Shown one piece after another: positions 1-9,151 of a stretch of 64,000 nt of DNA (position 1 is the stretch's first letter; each line of letters begins with the position of its first letter). Position numbers and translations under genes: made by a program. The DNA comes from an uncultured bacterium (GTDB lineage: Bacteria > Patescibacteriota > Microgenomatia > UBA1400 > MFAQ01). The notes below the pieces were generated by a model. That model saw nothing but the letters and a program-made list of their open reading frames with translations, ran no database searches and was not told the DNA's origin. The DNA is taken from NCBI GenBank assembly GCA_963980225.1, contig CAXBYW010000004.1:13007-77006 (forward strand), given 5' to 3'.

Positions 1-135
1 AGACGAGATAGAGGAGGAAGGCTAGAGAGCCGACCACGACGATGGTTTTCCAGAGTTGGCCGATGTAGAAGGCTAAACCGTCCCCAGGAGATTTACTTAA
101 GATGTTGGCTGGTAGAGCGTTGTTTTGGATGGCCA

Positions 136-498
136 TTATAGATTTAATACTGCGGCTGGATCTAAGATATTTAGCCCCAAGACGTTACTAATGATGCCGA
201 TTATAAAGTAGGAGACAACGACAACGATGAGGCCGATAGCGGCTTGGGTCATCTGTGTCTTGGATTCTTCTGCTTTGGTTTTGTCACCACCAGAGGTGAT
301 CCATTTTAAGCCACCGATAATAAAAAAGATGGCGAAGGCTAAACTAGCCACTACCGTTATGGTAGTAATAATAGAGGAGAGAAATTCGGTAAGAAGAAAG
401 CCTGTTTGAGTGCCTGCTGCTTGTTGGTATTTACCTACTCCTGAGAGAGGTTTACCAAGATCGACTGTGGCTGCTTGTGCTGATTTTATTATGCTCAT
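136..498 (-). CDS. TrbC/VirB2-like type IV secretion system pilin-like small membrane protein (paralog 1 of 5)
   Basis: 120 aa with two hydrophobic helices flanking a conserved loop (GGLKWITSGGDKTKAEES). The same architecture and motif recur in four neighbouring ORFs. This is typical of CPR T4SS-pilin family proteins. Confidence 0.6.
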   Translation of the reverse strand: MSIIKSAQAATVDLGKPLSGVGKYQQAAGTQTGFLLTEFLSSIITTITVVASLAFAIFFIIGGLKWITSGGDKTKAEESKTQMTQAAIGLIVVVVSYFIIGIISNVLGLNILDPAAVLNL

Positions 499-501
499 AA
501 T

Positions 502-828
502 TTAATTAACGGTTTCAATTTTTGGACTTAGGATGAAGTTGGCATCATCAAAGAGAATCTTACCAGCAATAGCGGATAGTACGAAGCTTATGGCAATTAT
601 CACTAGACCGATTAAAGCATGATTTATTTTTGTTTGAGCTATTTCTACTTTGGCTTTGTCGCCACCGGCGGTAATGTAGTTAAAACCGGCTATGATCATT
701 TGCCAGAGAGAAAATATTCCGGCTAAGACTATTATGAAAGTAATGATGGCGCTTAAGAAATTTGTTGTATCGCCAACTGTGCTGGGGATACTGGCTGGGG
801 GAGTAATGGTGCCGACGATGTTGTTCAT
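502..828 (-). CDS. T4SS pilin-like small membrane protein (paralog 2)
   Basis: 108 aa. Motif AGFNYITAGGDKAKVE lies between two transmembrane helices. Paralogous to 136-498 and 830-1156. Confidence 0.6.
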   Translation of the reverse strand: MNNIVGTITPPASIPSTVGDTTNFLSAIITFIIVLAGIFSLWQMIIAGFNYITAGGDKAKVEIAQTKINHALIGLVIIAISFVLSAIAGKILFDDANFILSPKIETVN

Positions 829-829
829 A

Positions 830-1156
830 TTAGTTTGGATTAAATAAATCGATGTTTACTATTTGTCCTACTATTGTAGTAATAAGATAGGCGCTAACTA
901 CGACTGCTAAGCCTAATAATGCATAGTTTAACATACGGGCAGATTGTTCTGCTTTGGCCTTGTCACCGCTAGCGGTAATGTAGTTAAAGCCAGAGATGAT
1001 GATGGTAAAGAGGGCGATTAAAGCGCTAAAAATGAGGAGGTTTGAGATTAAAGGATTCAAGAGGGTGGAAAAGGTGGCGTTGGTGCCACCGAGTTTTTCA
1101 CCAGGAGCGTATATTTCTGACAGATCCTTGGCAAAGACGGGGTTTATTAGTGACAT
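830..1156 (-). CDS. T4SS pilin-like small membrane protein (paralog 3)
   Basis: 108 aa. Motif SGFNYITASGDKAKAE. Separated from the previous paralog by only 1 nt (tandem). Confidence 0.6.
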   Translation of the reverse strand: MSLINPVFAKDLSEIYAPGEKLGGTNATFSTLLNPLISNLLIFSALIALFTIIISGFNYITASGDKAKAEQSARMLNYALLGLAVVVSAYLITTIVGQIVNIDLFNPN

Positions 1157-1216
1157 GAAGGATATTATAGCAATAATATAAATCTCAATGAGGAAATGAT
1201 GAGGAGAGTGCTAGAT

Positions 1217-1909
1217 TTAGTTGCCACCAAAGCGACGGTTGCGGGTGGCGAAGCTTTTTAGGGCTGTTTTTAGTTTTTCAGGGGTGAAGTCTGGGAAGAG
1301 GGTGTTGGTGAAATAGAGTTCGGAGTAGACTGATTGCCAAGGTAGATATCCAGAGAGGCGTTTGTCTCCACCGGTTCTTATGATTAGGTCGGGGTCGGGA
1401 ATACCCGAAGTATCTAAATGAGAAGAAAAGAGTTTTTCGTTGATTTTGTCAACGGGGATGTTTTCTTTAACAATCTTTTTTACGGCCCTTAGTATTTCGT
1501 TTCTACCACCGTAGTTTAAGGCGAAGGTGACGGTTATTTGAGAGTTTTTCTTTGATTGTTGGATCATCTCTAGAGATTTTTGAGCAATGTCTTTGGGGAA
1601 ACGATCTATTTCACCTAAGATTCTTAGTCTGGCTCCTTGCTTGATGAATTTTTTAGCTAGGATGTTTAGAGCGAAACGAAAGACTTTGAATAGTTCGGCA
1701 ATCTCTTTTTTGTCTCTTTTCCAGTTTTCGGTGGAAAAAGCCCAAAAGGTAACAAACGGGATTTTTTGTTTAACACACTCTTCTATTAAGGGTTCGATAA
1801 CTTGTTCGGCTGCTTGTTGGTGACCTTTAACAACAGGTAGGTTCTTTTTTTTGGCCCAACGACGATTACCGTCCATGATTATGGCCACGTGATTTAAAGG
1901 TGTTTTCAT
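1217..1909 (-). CDS. uppS: Undecaprenyl pyrophosphate synthase (isoprenyl transferase)
   Basis: 230 aa with UppS hallmarks: N-terminal HVAIIMDGNRRWA, FSTENWKR and a C-terminal RTGG..RLSGYLPWQ region. Confidence 0.9.
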   Translation of the reverse strand: MKTPLNHVAIIMDGNRRWAKKKNLPVVKGHQQAAEQVIEPLIEECVKQKIPFVTFWAFSTENWKRDKKEIAELFKVFRFALNILAKKFIKQGARLRILGEIDRFPKDIAQKSLEMIQQSKKNSQITVTFALNYGGRNEILRAVKKIVKENIPVDKINEKLFSSHLDTSGIPDPDLIIRTGGDKRLSGYLPWQSVYSELYFTNTLFPDFTPEKLKTALKSFATRNRRFGGN

Positions 1910-1922
1910 GAAAGGTATTTTA

Positions 1923-2255
1923 TCAGATCAATGGGTCAGCCTGGAAGCCTATGATTGTAGAGACCACTCTGACTATGAGGAAACTGGCAATGACAACTAT
2001 AATACCAACAAGTCCGTTCATGAGTCTGTTGGAAGCAGCAGCGGTTTTTTTTGGATCTCCGGATGAGAACATGTAGCTCCAACCAGCAAGAAGGGTGTTT
2101 ACAAAAAAAGCCATACCAGCAACGAAGATTAAAAGATTGATGATGGAGAAACTGGTGCCTGCTCCACCCTTATTAGTAAAGATGTCTGCCAAGCTACTGT
2201 CTACAGGAATGTTTGTGGCTGGGTTTTGGTTTTTGATGGTGTCTATTATTGACAT
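1923..2255 (-). CDS. T4SS pilin-like small membrane protein (paralog 4)
   Basis: 110 aa. Two TM helices with loop motif AGWSYMFSSGDPKKTAAA. Confidence 0.55.
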   Translation of the reverse strand: MSIIDTIKNQNPATNIPVDSSLADIFTNKGGAGTSFSIINLLIFVAGMAFFVNTLLAGWSYMFSSGDPKKTAAASNRLMNGLVGIIVVIASFLIVRVVSTIIGFQADPLI

Positions 2256-2263
2256 ATGTTTTT

Positions 2264-2605
2264 TTAAAAACCTGGAATACTTAGTATTTTAACACCGATT
2301 AAGTTTAGGAGAACGATAGAGAGGATGATGAACAAAAGACCGGAGACGGCAGAGCCAATAATTTCTTTACCTTGGTTTAGTTTGTCTGGGTTGCCAGCGG
2401 AAGTAGTAACGATAAAAGTGCCGAAAAGAATAAGAAGTAAGGCAATACCACCACCTAAACCTATGGCTAGTTCTAAGAAACTACCAACAAAACCACCAGA
2501 TGCTACATCTGTGGAGATACAACCTAGGGCGGTGTCGATACCTTTGTCTCCACTAGGAGTGATACATTGAGGGGAAGCGGCGTAGACAGACTTTATTAAA
2601 CTCAT
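2264..2605 (-). CDS. T4SS pilin-like small membrane protein (paralog 5, divergent)
   Basis: 113 aa. N-terminal signal/TM, Cys pair, and TM helices flanking TSAGNPDKLNQGKE. More diverged member of the same array. Confidence 0.5.
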   Translation of the reverse strand: MSLIKSVYAASPQCITPSGDKGIDTALGCISTDVASGGFVGSFLELAIGLGGGIALLLILFGTFIVTTSAGNPDKLNQGKEIIGSAVSGLLFIILSIVLLNLIGVKILSIPGF

Positions 2606-2635
2606 GAAGGTTATTATACAAGCAATGGTTTAAAA

Positions 2636-4375
2636 TTGGTGGTAGATATTATGAAGAAGATATTGGGGGTGGCACTATTGGTGGGGATGATGCTGGGGAT
2701 GATGGGAGTGGTGAAGGCAGATGGTTGTGAAGGGAAGACGGGAGAGCCCTTATACACTTGTTTGGGGGAGGAGATATCAAGATTGAGTAGAGATTTGCAG
2801 TTAAGTAGAGATGCAACTAGTCCCTTGGAGACAGAAGCGTCTAGATTAGGAACACAAATTAGTTCCATTCAGTATCAGATTAATCAGGCAAAGGTAAAAC
2901 AAACAGAATTGGCTGCAGGGATTAGTGAAAGAGAGTACCTTTTAAGTGAGCAGTATTTAGTGTTGGCTGAGAAAACAAAGGCTTTTTACAAGAGAATTAG
3001 AAGTAGCTCTACTTTAGCGATGTTGATGACGTCTGTGGGGACCGGGTCGTTGAGTAGGGAGTTTAATTACAGGAATGAAGCAAATGAAAGAGACAGGCAG
3101 ATTATTGTTCGGTTGTCTAGTGAGATTGGGCAGTTAGAGAGTGATAAGCAGGATCTGGAAATTCAAAGAGAGAAGTTGTCTGGGCTTCAAGCAAGCTTAG
3201 ACAAGCAGAAGAGTTTTTATGATGGGGAGATAGGTAAGGCTAAGGCGTATCAAACAGACTTGTCGGGTAAGATTGCAGCTCTGTCTGCTAAACAACAAGA
3301 AGTGTTGGGAGAGAAGAGTGGGACCTTCCAGACAACTGTAGGTGATGTGCCTTTAGCGGATGACCCTAATTCCAGACCGGATTACAATCCTGGATTTTCA
3401 CCAGCGTTTGCGGCTTTTTCTTTTGGAGCACCACATTTTAAGGGTATGAGTCAGTATGGGGCGTTTGGTAGAGCAAAGGATGGTCAAAGTTATGAAGATA
3501 TTTTACGAGCATATTATGGAGGAGGAATAGAGATAAGGAGTGTGGACGTAAACACAAAGATAACTGTTGATGGTTATGGGAGCTATTCAATTGATGATTA
3601 TGCGAAACGAATTTATGAAGTGCCGGGTAGTTGGGGGGATGAGGGAGGAATGGCTGCTTTAGAGGCTCAGGCAATTGCGGCTAGAAGTTATGCTTTAGCT
3701 AGGGGTGGTTCGATTTGTGCGACTGAGGCTTGTCAGGTGTTTAAACCTAACCCTAAAGGAGGTAACTGGGAGACGGCGGTAAACAATACGAGTGGTAAGG
3801 TTGTGTACGCTAATGGTTCTCCTCTGTCTACTTGGTATGCTTCAACGAGTGGAGGATACCAAGAGTCCTATACCTCTAATGGTTACAGCACTCCTGGGTT
3901 TTGGGATACTAGTAATGGTAGAGATGGTTGGACAAGTGAAGCTTATGAAAAGAAAGCTGGAAGCCCTTGGTTTTATAAAGGGTGGTATAAGACAAGGTCT
4001 GGGGATAGTTGTGGCAGATCTCATCCTTGGTTAACAGGTGAGGAGATGGCAGATGTTTTAAATGCTTGGGTGGTGGTGGTAAAGAGAGGAGAGAGTGATG
4101 ATAGGGTTTTACCTTTAGGTGGTTGTTGGGGAGGTAATCCATATAGTGTGAGTGAGATGAAGGATAAGGCAAATAGTTCTGGGGAGGGCTATTCAAATGT
4201 TACGGGAGTAGTAAGAGTAGATTACTCTAATAGTGGGTATACACAAACTGTGGTTTTTGGAACAGACAGAGGTGAAGTAAGTATTAATGGTTTGGAGTTT
4301 AAGAAAGCATTTAATTTAAGAGCGCCAGGTAGGATTGCCTTGAAATCTGGGTTATTAAATATAGAGCAAAAGTAA
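2636..4375 (+). CDS. SpoIID/LytB-domain protein with N-terminal signal peptide and coiled-coil region
   Basis: 579 aa. Signal/TM at N-terminus, then a long coiled-coil. SpoIID-like motifs are present: GMSQYGAFG, QAIAARSYAL, ACQVF, STSGGY. Confidence 0.7.
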   Translation: MVVDIMKKILGVALLVGMMLGMMGVVKADGCEGKTGEPLYTCLGEEISRLSRDLQLSRDATSPLETEASRLGTQISSIQYQINQAKVKQTELAAGISEREYLLSEQYLVLAEKTKAFYKRIRSSSTLAMLMTSVGTGSLSREFNYRNEANERDRQIIVRLSSEIGQLESDKQDLEIQREKLSGLQASLDKQKSFYDGEIGKAKAYQTDLSGKIAALSAKQQEVLGEKSGTFQTTVGDVPLADDPNSRPDYNPGFSPAFAAFSFGAPHFKGMSQYGAFGRAKDGQSYEDILRAYYGGGIEIRSVDVNTKITVDGYGSYSIDDYAKRIYEVPGSWGDEGGMAALEAQAIAARSYALARGGSICATEACQVFKPNPKGGNWETAVNNTSGKVVYANGSPLSTWYASTSGGYQESYTSNGYSTPGFWDTSNGRDGWTSEAYEKKAGSPWFYKGWYKTRSGDSCGRSHPWLTGEEMADVLNAWVVVVKRGESDDRVLPLGGCWGGNPYSVSEMKDKANSSGEGYSNVTGVVRVDYSNSGYTQTVVFGTDRGEVSINGLEFKKAFNLRAPGRIALKSGLLNIEQK

Positions 4376-4392
4376 TTTGATAGAATATAGAT

Positions 4393-5091
4393 ATGCCTAG
4401 AGTATATTCAGCAAAAAAGAAGGTGGCTAAAAAGAAGGTGGCTAAAAAGAAAACAGACTCACGAGTAGTTGAGGAGATAAAGTTGATGTGTGATGAGGGA
4501 ATGGATAAGGGTCTTTGGAAGAATCTAGTAGTGTGTCCTAAAAAAACTAGTTTTGAGTCACAGCACAGTAAGGAAATAATACTGATAATGGCCAGGAAAC
4601 ATATCGCTACGAATATTGGCTGGCTGTTGTTGGTTTTTGTGTTGTCCTTTGTGCCTATGTTTTGGGGAGATTTTCCTTTAGTTGCTTTAGTTAGTGAAGG
4701 AGTAAGGTTTGGGCTTTTTACTTTATGGTACTTAGCGCTTTTGTTGTTTGTTTTTCAGAAGATACTTTTATGGTTTTACAACATATATATAATTACGGAT
4801 GAGAGAATAATAGATGTCGACTTCTTTGGGCTTTTGTACAAAAATATCAACGTGACTCAGATTAGAAAAGTAGAGGATGTTAATTACTCTCAGGTTGGTT
4901 TGATGTCTAGTATTTTTAACTTTGGAGATATAGTAATACAGACGGCCTCTGAGCAGATGTCTGATGATAGAAATGAAGAACAGTCGGCATTTACTTTTCA
5001 GGCTATTTCTAGACCAAACAGAGTGGCTAGAGTAGTGATGCAGTTAATGGAACAAGAAGAAAAAGAGTCTTATGAAGGGAGGGTAAGATAA
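4393..5091 (+). CDS. bPH_2 (YdbS/YdbT-like bacterial PH domain) membrane protein with lysine-rich N-terminal extension
   Basis: Two TM helices followed by IITDERII..NINVTQIRKVED..FNFGDIVIQTA, typical of the PF03703 family. The true start may be the internal Met (MARKHIATN). N-terminus has a KKVAKK repeat. Confidence 0.55.
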   Translation: MPRVYSAKKKVAKKKVAKKKTDSRVVEEIKLMCDEGMDKGLWKNLVVCPKKTSFESQHSKEIILIMARKHIATNIGWLLLVFVLSFVPMFWGDFPLVALVSEGVRFGLFTLWYLALLLFVFQKILLWFYNIYIITDERIIDVDFFGLLYKNINVTQIRKVEDVNYSQVGLMSSIFNFGDIVIQTASEQMSDDRNEEQSAFTFQAISRPNRVARVVMQLMEQEEKESYEGRVR

Positions 5092-5315
5092 TGGAGTTTT
5101 TACCAGGAATAGACATAGGATTGAGTGAGGTAGTAGGGGTGATGGTAAAGACGGTGTTGGTCCTTATCACTTTACTGTCTTTAGTAATTGTTAGGCAGAC
5201 TAGCTTGATGCATAAAGTGGTAAGTGTTCATATTGGTGGAAACATTAAGACAATGGCCTTTGTGTTTTTTGTGATTAGTTTGGTTTTAACTGGTATAGTT
5301 ATATTAGTTAGCTAA
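5091..5315 (+). CDS. small hypothetical membrane protein
   Basis: 74 aa, two predicted TM helices. Start overlaps the upstream stop (ATGA-like coupling). Confidence 0.4.
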   Translation: MEFLPGIDIGLSEVVGVMVKTVLVLITLLSLVIVRQTSLMHKVVSVHIGGNIKTMAFVFFVISLVLTGIVILVS

Positions 5316-5332
5316 CTAATAATCAGTGCAAG

Positions 5333-7189
5333 ATGAGTAGTTTTTTAGGAGTGGATTTTTTCAGGATCGTAAATGAAGGATTGGTAGACGATTGGGCTCA
5401 AGTCTATGCAAAGGTGCCTTTTGAGGAGGAAGAGTTGTCTGAAAAGGGAGCACTGTTTGGAGTTTTAAGAATAAAGGGTGGGGCAAAACTTGTAAGTAAA
5501 GGCTCAGATATCTTTTTATGGTTGGATGAGTATTTTAACAAGGTCCATCAAAAAGGAGATTTACGTGGTTTAGTAGAAGGTCTTTTGAAAGTGAATGATA
5601 AGTTGCAGGCAGCTTGGGCATGGGTGATAGTAGATGAAGAAACAGGAGAAAGAGTGGTAAAGACGGCGGCTTTAAATGGTGGTCGAGTGGTAATTGTTAG
5701 AAAAGGACAGCAAGTGGTACTTTCCGGGAATGATGATAAAGACAAGGTGGTGGTAGGTAGTTTGAGCTTGGGAGACAGATTAGGATTAGGGGTTGGAGGA
5801 ATGGTAGATAAGCTTGCGGGATTGAAGGATAAGGGTGGTTTGGGTGAAGTGTTTGAATCCTTAAATAAACAAATAGAAAAAGAAACAGAAAGAGCTGTGG
5901 CGGGATTGTTGTTGGAGGTTAAGAAAAAAGAACAAGAAAGTGTAGTAGTTAGTCCCACATCAGAGGAGATTGTTCCGAGTTCGCCGGTGAATGATAATTT
6001 AGAGGTGGTAAGTGAGAGTAAAGTAGTGGGTCCGGATGGACTGAAGAAAAGGTTAGTTGGGTATTACTTAAAAAACTTTAGTAAAAAGAAAAAAATAGAG
6101 ATAAGAGAAGAGAAAAAGAAAAACGACAAAGTATTATGGTTGGGAATAGTATTTTTGGTTTTGTTTTTAGTAAGTGTTGTGGGAGGAGTAATTAAAAGTA
6201 GAAGTCAAAATGTGATGGCCAGTTGGCAGAGCGAACTTAGTTCTTGGCAAAAAAGGGAGGAAGAAGCTAAGTCTTTAGTACAAATTAACCCTGCGGGAGC
6301 AAGAAAACTATTGAGTGAGATAAAAGAAGAAGTTTTAGAGGCAGAAAGTGTTTGGGTGGAAACTAAGTACAAGAAAGAGTGGGAGGATTACAAACTTAAG
6401 TTAGATGAGAGTTGGATAGAGGTTTCTGGGGAAAGAAAGGTTGACCCCAAACTGTTCTTGGTGTTGAGTCTGGTAAGGTCTAATTTGGTGGGAAGTAGGC
6501 TGATAAATCATGAAGACGGAATTGGTTTGCTTGACATAGATGAGGGCTTATTAGTAAGGATTGGATTGGAAGACAAAAAAGCGGAAGTGGTTGATAGTGA
6601 TAGTGATAAAAAATGGAAGGCGGTTGGGGGAGATGGTGAGAATGCTGTGTTTTTAAGCGATAGTGGTCTGAGCTTATTGGGTGAAGAGGAGGTGAGGTTT
6701 GATGCTACAGTGGCAAATCCAGTGGAGGTAGAGGTATTTGGAACTGGAATTTATGTGTTGGATGATGGGACTGGTGAGGTGTGGAAGTTTAGCTTATTAG
6801 GTGGAGAGATACAGGACAGGAGAAGATGGCTCCAGCCTGAAGAGGAAATAGGAGTAAGTGAGTTGGTGGACTTAGATATAGATGGGGATATTTGGGTTTT
6901 GGGTAAAAAAGGTGAGATAAGTAGACTGAGAAGAGGTAGTAGGGAGAGATACGCTTTGGAGGGAAAACCAGATAACTTAGTAGGAGATAGATTGGCTGTG
7001 CAGCTTGATGGAGAAGAGATGGCAATTCTTGATGTGTCTAGTTCTAGAATAGTAGTTTTTAATAAGGAGTCGGGGGAGTATTCACACCAGTTGATTTGGA
7101 GTGGTTTTTCTGAAAGCAAAGACATTTTATATACAGATGATGGACGGTTAATGGTGTTGTCTGGAGGTAAGTTGTACTGGGTAGAGTAA
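5333..7189 (+). CDS. hypothetical membrane-anchored protein (N-terminal cytoplasmic domain, one TM, C-terminal repeat-rich possibly beta-propeller-like domain)
   Basis: 618 aa long ORF with a TM segment near residue 270 (LWLGIVFLVLFLVSVVGGVI). C-terminal region has repeated hydrophobic-Asp strands (IYVLDDGTG, IWVLGKKG, MAILDVSS, LMVLSGGKLYWV). Confidence 0.45.
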   Translation: MSSFLGVDFFRIVNEGLVDDWAQVYAKVPFEEEELSEKGALFGVLRIKGGAKLVSKGSDIFLWLDEYFNKVHQKGDLRGLVEGLLKVNDKLQAAWAWVIVDEETGERVVKTAALNGGRVVIVRKGQQVVLSGNDDKDKVVVGSLSLGDRLGLGVGGMVDKLAGLKDKGGLGEVFESLNKQIEKETERAVAGLLLEVKKKEQESVVVSPTSEEIVPSSPVNDNLEVVSESKVVGPDGLKKRLVGYYLKNFSKKKKIEIREEKKKNDKVLWLGIVFLVLFLVSVVGGVIKSRSQNVMASWQSELSSWQKREEEAKSLVQINPAGARKLLSEIKEEVLEAESVWVETKYKKEWEDYKLKLDESWIEVSGERKVDPKLFLVLSLVRSNLVGSRLINHEDGIGLLDIDEGLLVRIGLEDKKAEVVDSDSDKKWKAVGGDGENAVFLSDSGLSLLGEEEVRFDATVANPVEVEVFGTGIYVLDDGTGEVWKFSLLGGEIQDRRRWLQPEEEIGVSELVDLDIDGDIWVLGKKGEISRLRRGSRERYALEGKPDNLVGDRLAVQLDGEEMAILDVSSSRIVVFNKESGEYSHQLIWSGFSESKDILYTDDGRLMVLSGGKLYWVE

Positions 7190-7198
7190 AATAGGGGA

Positions 7199-7636
7199 AT
7201 GAGGTTGGTAAACAGAAAAGCAAAAAGAGATTATGAGATTGTAGAAAGCTTGGAAGCTGGAGTAGTGTTGACTGGTAGTGAAGTGAAAAGTTTGAGGGTG
7301 GGACAAGGTAATTTGTTGGGTTCTAGAGTGATACTTAGAGATGGTGAGGTTTGGTTGAGTGGTTTTTCCATACCAAGGTATAGATTTGATGGTAGGGAGG
7401 ATGAATATGATCCTGATAGGATTAAAAAATTGTTGATAAAACAAGCAGAAAAACGACGTTTGGAGGTAAAATCCAAGAGTGGAGGTTTGACCATGATACC
7501 TCTGTCGGTGTATAATAAGCGAGGATTGATAAAAGTGGAGATAGGTTTGGTAAGAGGAAAGAAAAAATATGAAAAACGAGAGGTCCTTAAGAAAAGGAAA
7601 CAAAAAAGAGACCTGTCCAGAAGATTTAAAACTTAA
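7199..7636 (+). CDS. smpB: SsrA-binding protein SmpB
   Basis: 145 aa matching SmpB throughout (RKAKRDYEI..E.GVVLTGSEVKSLR..G.LLG). tmRNA gene lies immediately downstream. Confidence 0.9.
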   Translation: MRLVNRKAKRDYEIVESLEAGVVLTGSEVKSLRVGQGNLLGSRVILRDGEVWLSGFSIPRYRFDGREDEYDPDRIKKLLIKQAEKRRLEVKSKSGGLTMIPLSVYNKRGLIKVEIGLVRGKKKYEKREVLKKRKQKRDLSRRFKT

Positions 7637-7650
7637 ATAGATAGAAAGAA

Positions 7651-7899
7651 ATGAAAATGAATATATTTTGGGATAAAGCTATGCCTGTTGCAGTATCTGG
7701 TTACTCTTGGGGTGAAGAGATCTGTAAGTTAAAAACTCAGAAGGCATGGAAGGCAAGTCTTAAACCTAAATTAAAGAAAATGGATAAGGGTGAGTTTGAT
7801 CTTTTTTTGGCGGCAGTGGTAATGGAAGCGGCTAAGAAGCAGGTAATGGGAGTAGATTTGACCGAAAAAGTGGAAATGTTTAGAGAACTTAGAAAGTAA
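7651..7899 (+). CDS. small hypothetical protein between smpB and ssrA
   Basis: 82-aa ORF with no recognisable motif. May or may not be expressed. Confidence 0.3.
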   Translation: MKMNIFWDKAMPVAVSGYSWGEEICKLKTQKAWKASLKPKLKKMDKGEFDLFLAAVVMEAAKKQVMGVDLTEKVEMFRELRK

Positions 7900-7905
7900 T
7901 TTTAC

Positions 7906-7934
7906 TTGATTTTTCAGGCTATTTTTGATATATT
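7906..7934 (+). promoter_or_regulatory. sigma70-like promoter for tmRNA (TTGATT - 17 nt - TATATT)
   Basis: -35 TTGATT at 7906-7911, 17-nt spacer, -10 TATATT at 7929-7934, about 10 nt upstream of the tmRNA 5' GGGG. Confidence 0.5.
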
Positions 7935-7944
7935 CTCTAATATT

Positions 7945-8349
7945 GGGGACGAAAGGTTTCGATGGAATAAGTACATTGACAGTGGCAAGCCGAGTCTTAG
8001 GACAAACTCGTTAATACTGACCTAAAAAATAACTGTCAACGAAGAGAAGACAGACAGCGTTATCGCTACAGCTCCAGTTTTTGCTGGTGTTGAAACCGGT
8101 CTCGCTCCCGCTTACCTTTTTGCGTAATCGGGTGTTTCTAGATGGTCTTTCTTTTAGGGATCGCTAGAGGCAGGTACAAACTTTAAGATGCTTTATTTTT
8201 GTTTAATTTAGGCAAAGATAAAAAAGACTTCTAAATTAACTTAAAACTGATTTTGTTTGTGGGTAGGTTTTGAGGAAAATACACAAACTAAGCTTGTAGA
8301 CATTGTTATTTATTTATTGCAGACGTGGGTTCGAATCCCACCGTCTCCA
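7945..8349 (+). ncRNA. ssrA: tmRNA (SsrA)
   Basis: 5' GGGGACG pairs with 3' CGTCTCC-A (tRNA-like acceptor). The 3' end has a T-arm GGTTCGAATCCCACC. An internal ORF-like stretch ends in TAA. Lies directly downstream of smpB. Confidence 0.8.
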
Positions 8350-8378
8350 CAAAGGTAAATGGTAAAATATTTTATGTT

Positions 8379-8464
8379 GGAGGGTTGGCCGAGTGGTTAT
8401 GGCGCTGGTTTTGAAAACCAGTGAGCGCAAGCTCTCACAGGTTCGAATCCTGTACCCTCCGCCA
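8379..8464 (+). tRNA. tRNA-Ser(UGA)
   Basis: Cloverleaf GGAGGGT../..ACCCTCC-G-CCA. Anticodon loop TTTGAAA (anticodon TGA). Long variable arm. T-loop TTCGAAT. Confidence 0.85.
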
Positions 8465-8488
8465 GAGGCTGGTATAATTCGTTGTATT

Positions 8489-8576
8489 GGAGGCGTCGCA
8501 TAGTCTGGTCAATTGCACAAGATTGCTAATCTTGAACCTTCGGGTTACGTGGGTTCGAATCCCACCGCCTCCGCCA
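8489..8576 (+). tRNA. tRNA-Ser(GCU)
   Basis: Acceptor GGAGGCG/CGCCTCC-G-CCA. Anticodon stem CAAGA/TCTTG with loop TTGCTAA (GCT). Long variable arm. Confidence 0.85.
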
Positions 8577-8600
8577 TTTTGCTTGTGCTAAACTTTATCT

Positions 8601-9128
8601 GTGAGTAATAAAGATGCGGTAGCTAGAGAGCCAGTAGATGAAATGGATATTGGAGAAGAGAAGGTGCTTCATACCTGGAAGTCTGTAGAGAGACCGTTTA
8701 AGAAATGGAATAAGGAGTTTTATAGTACGGTGATGGTTTTTGCTGTTTTGGTGAGTATAATTTTCTTTTTCATAGAAGGATTTATGTTGGTATTAGTAGT
8801 CTGGGCGGTGGTGTTTATGGCTTGGGCGATATCTAGGACAGAGCCGGGTATTAGGGAACATAAGATTACAGATAAAGGAATTAGGACAGGAGGAACACTT
8901 TATAGATGGGATACGATGTTGGTTTACTGGTTAGAGGAGAAATGGGACAAGAAACTTTTGAGAGTACTTTTAAGCAAGTTTCCAGGCCAGTTAGTGTTGG
9001 TTTATGATCAGAAAGAAGAAAAAAAGATTAGAGAAATCATGAGTAAGTTTTTGGCTTTAGAGAAACCGGAGGCTACATGGACTGATAGAGTAGTGAAGTG
9101 GTTTGGTGAAAAGGTGCCTTTAGAGTAG
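8601..9128 (+). CDS. hypothetical membrane protein
   Basis: 175-aa ORF with two adjacent TM helices, embedded in the tRNA cluster. Confidence 0.45.
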   Translation: MSNKDAVAREPVDEMDIGEEKVLHTWKSVERPFKKWNKEFYSTVMVFAVLVSIIFFFIEGFMLVLVVWAVVFMAWAISRTEPGIREHKITDKGIRTGGTLYRWDTMLVYWLEEKWDKKLLRVLLSKFPGQLVLVYDQKEEKKIREIMSKFLALEKPEATWTDRVVKWFGEKVPLE

Positions 9129-9151
9129 TTTCAAGGTAAAATATTGGGCAT

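Noticed and set aside
4420-4455. 18-bp perfect tandem duplication (aagaaggtggctaaaaag x2)
   Set aside because: It is in-frame coding sequence producing a KKVAKK repeat in a lysine-rich N-terminal tail. It is not a repeat element or CRISPR-like array.
5548-5958. Antisense ORFs inside long genes (e.g. 5548-5958, 11305-11679, 32096-32755, 60875-61501)
   Set aside because: They are Ser/Thr/Pro-rich low-complexity translations on the strand opposite well-supported genes (large hypothetical, dnaG, sufS, ftsH). Typical shadow ORFs.
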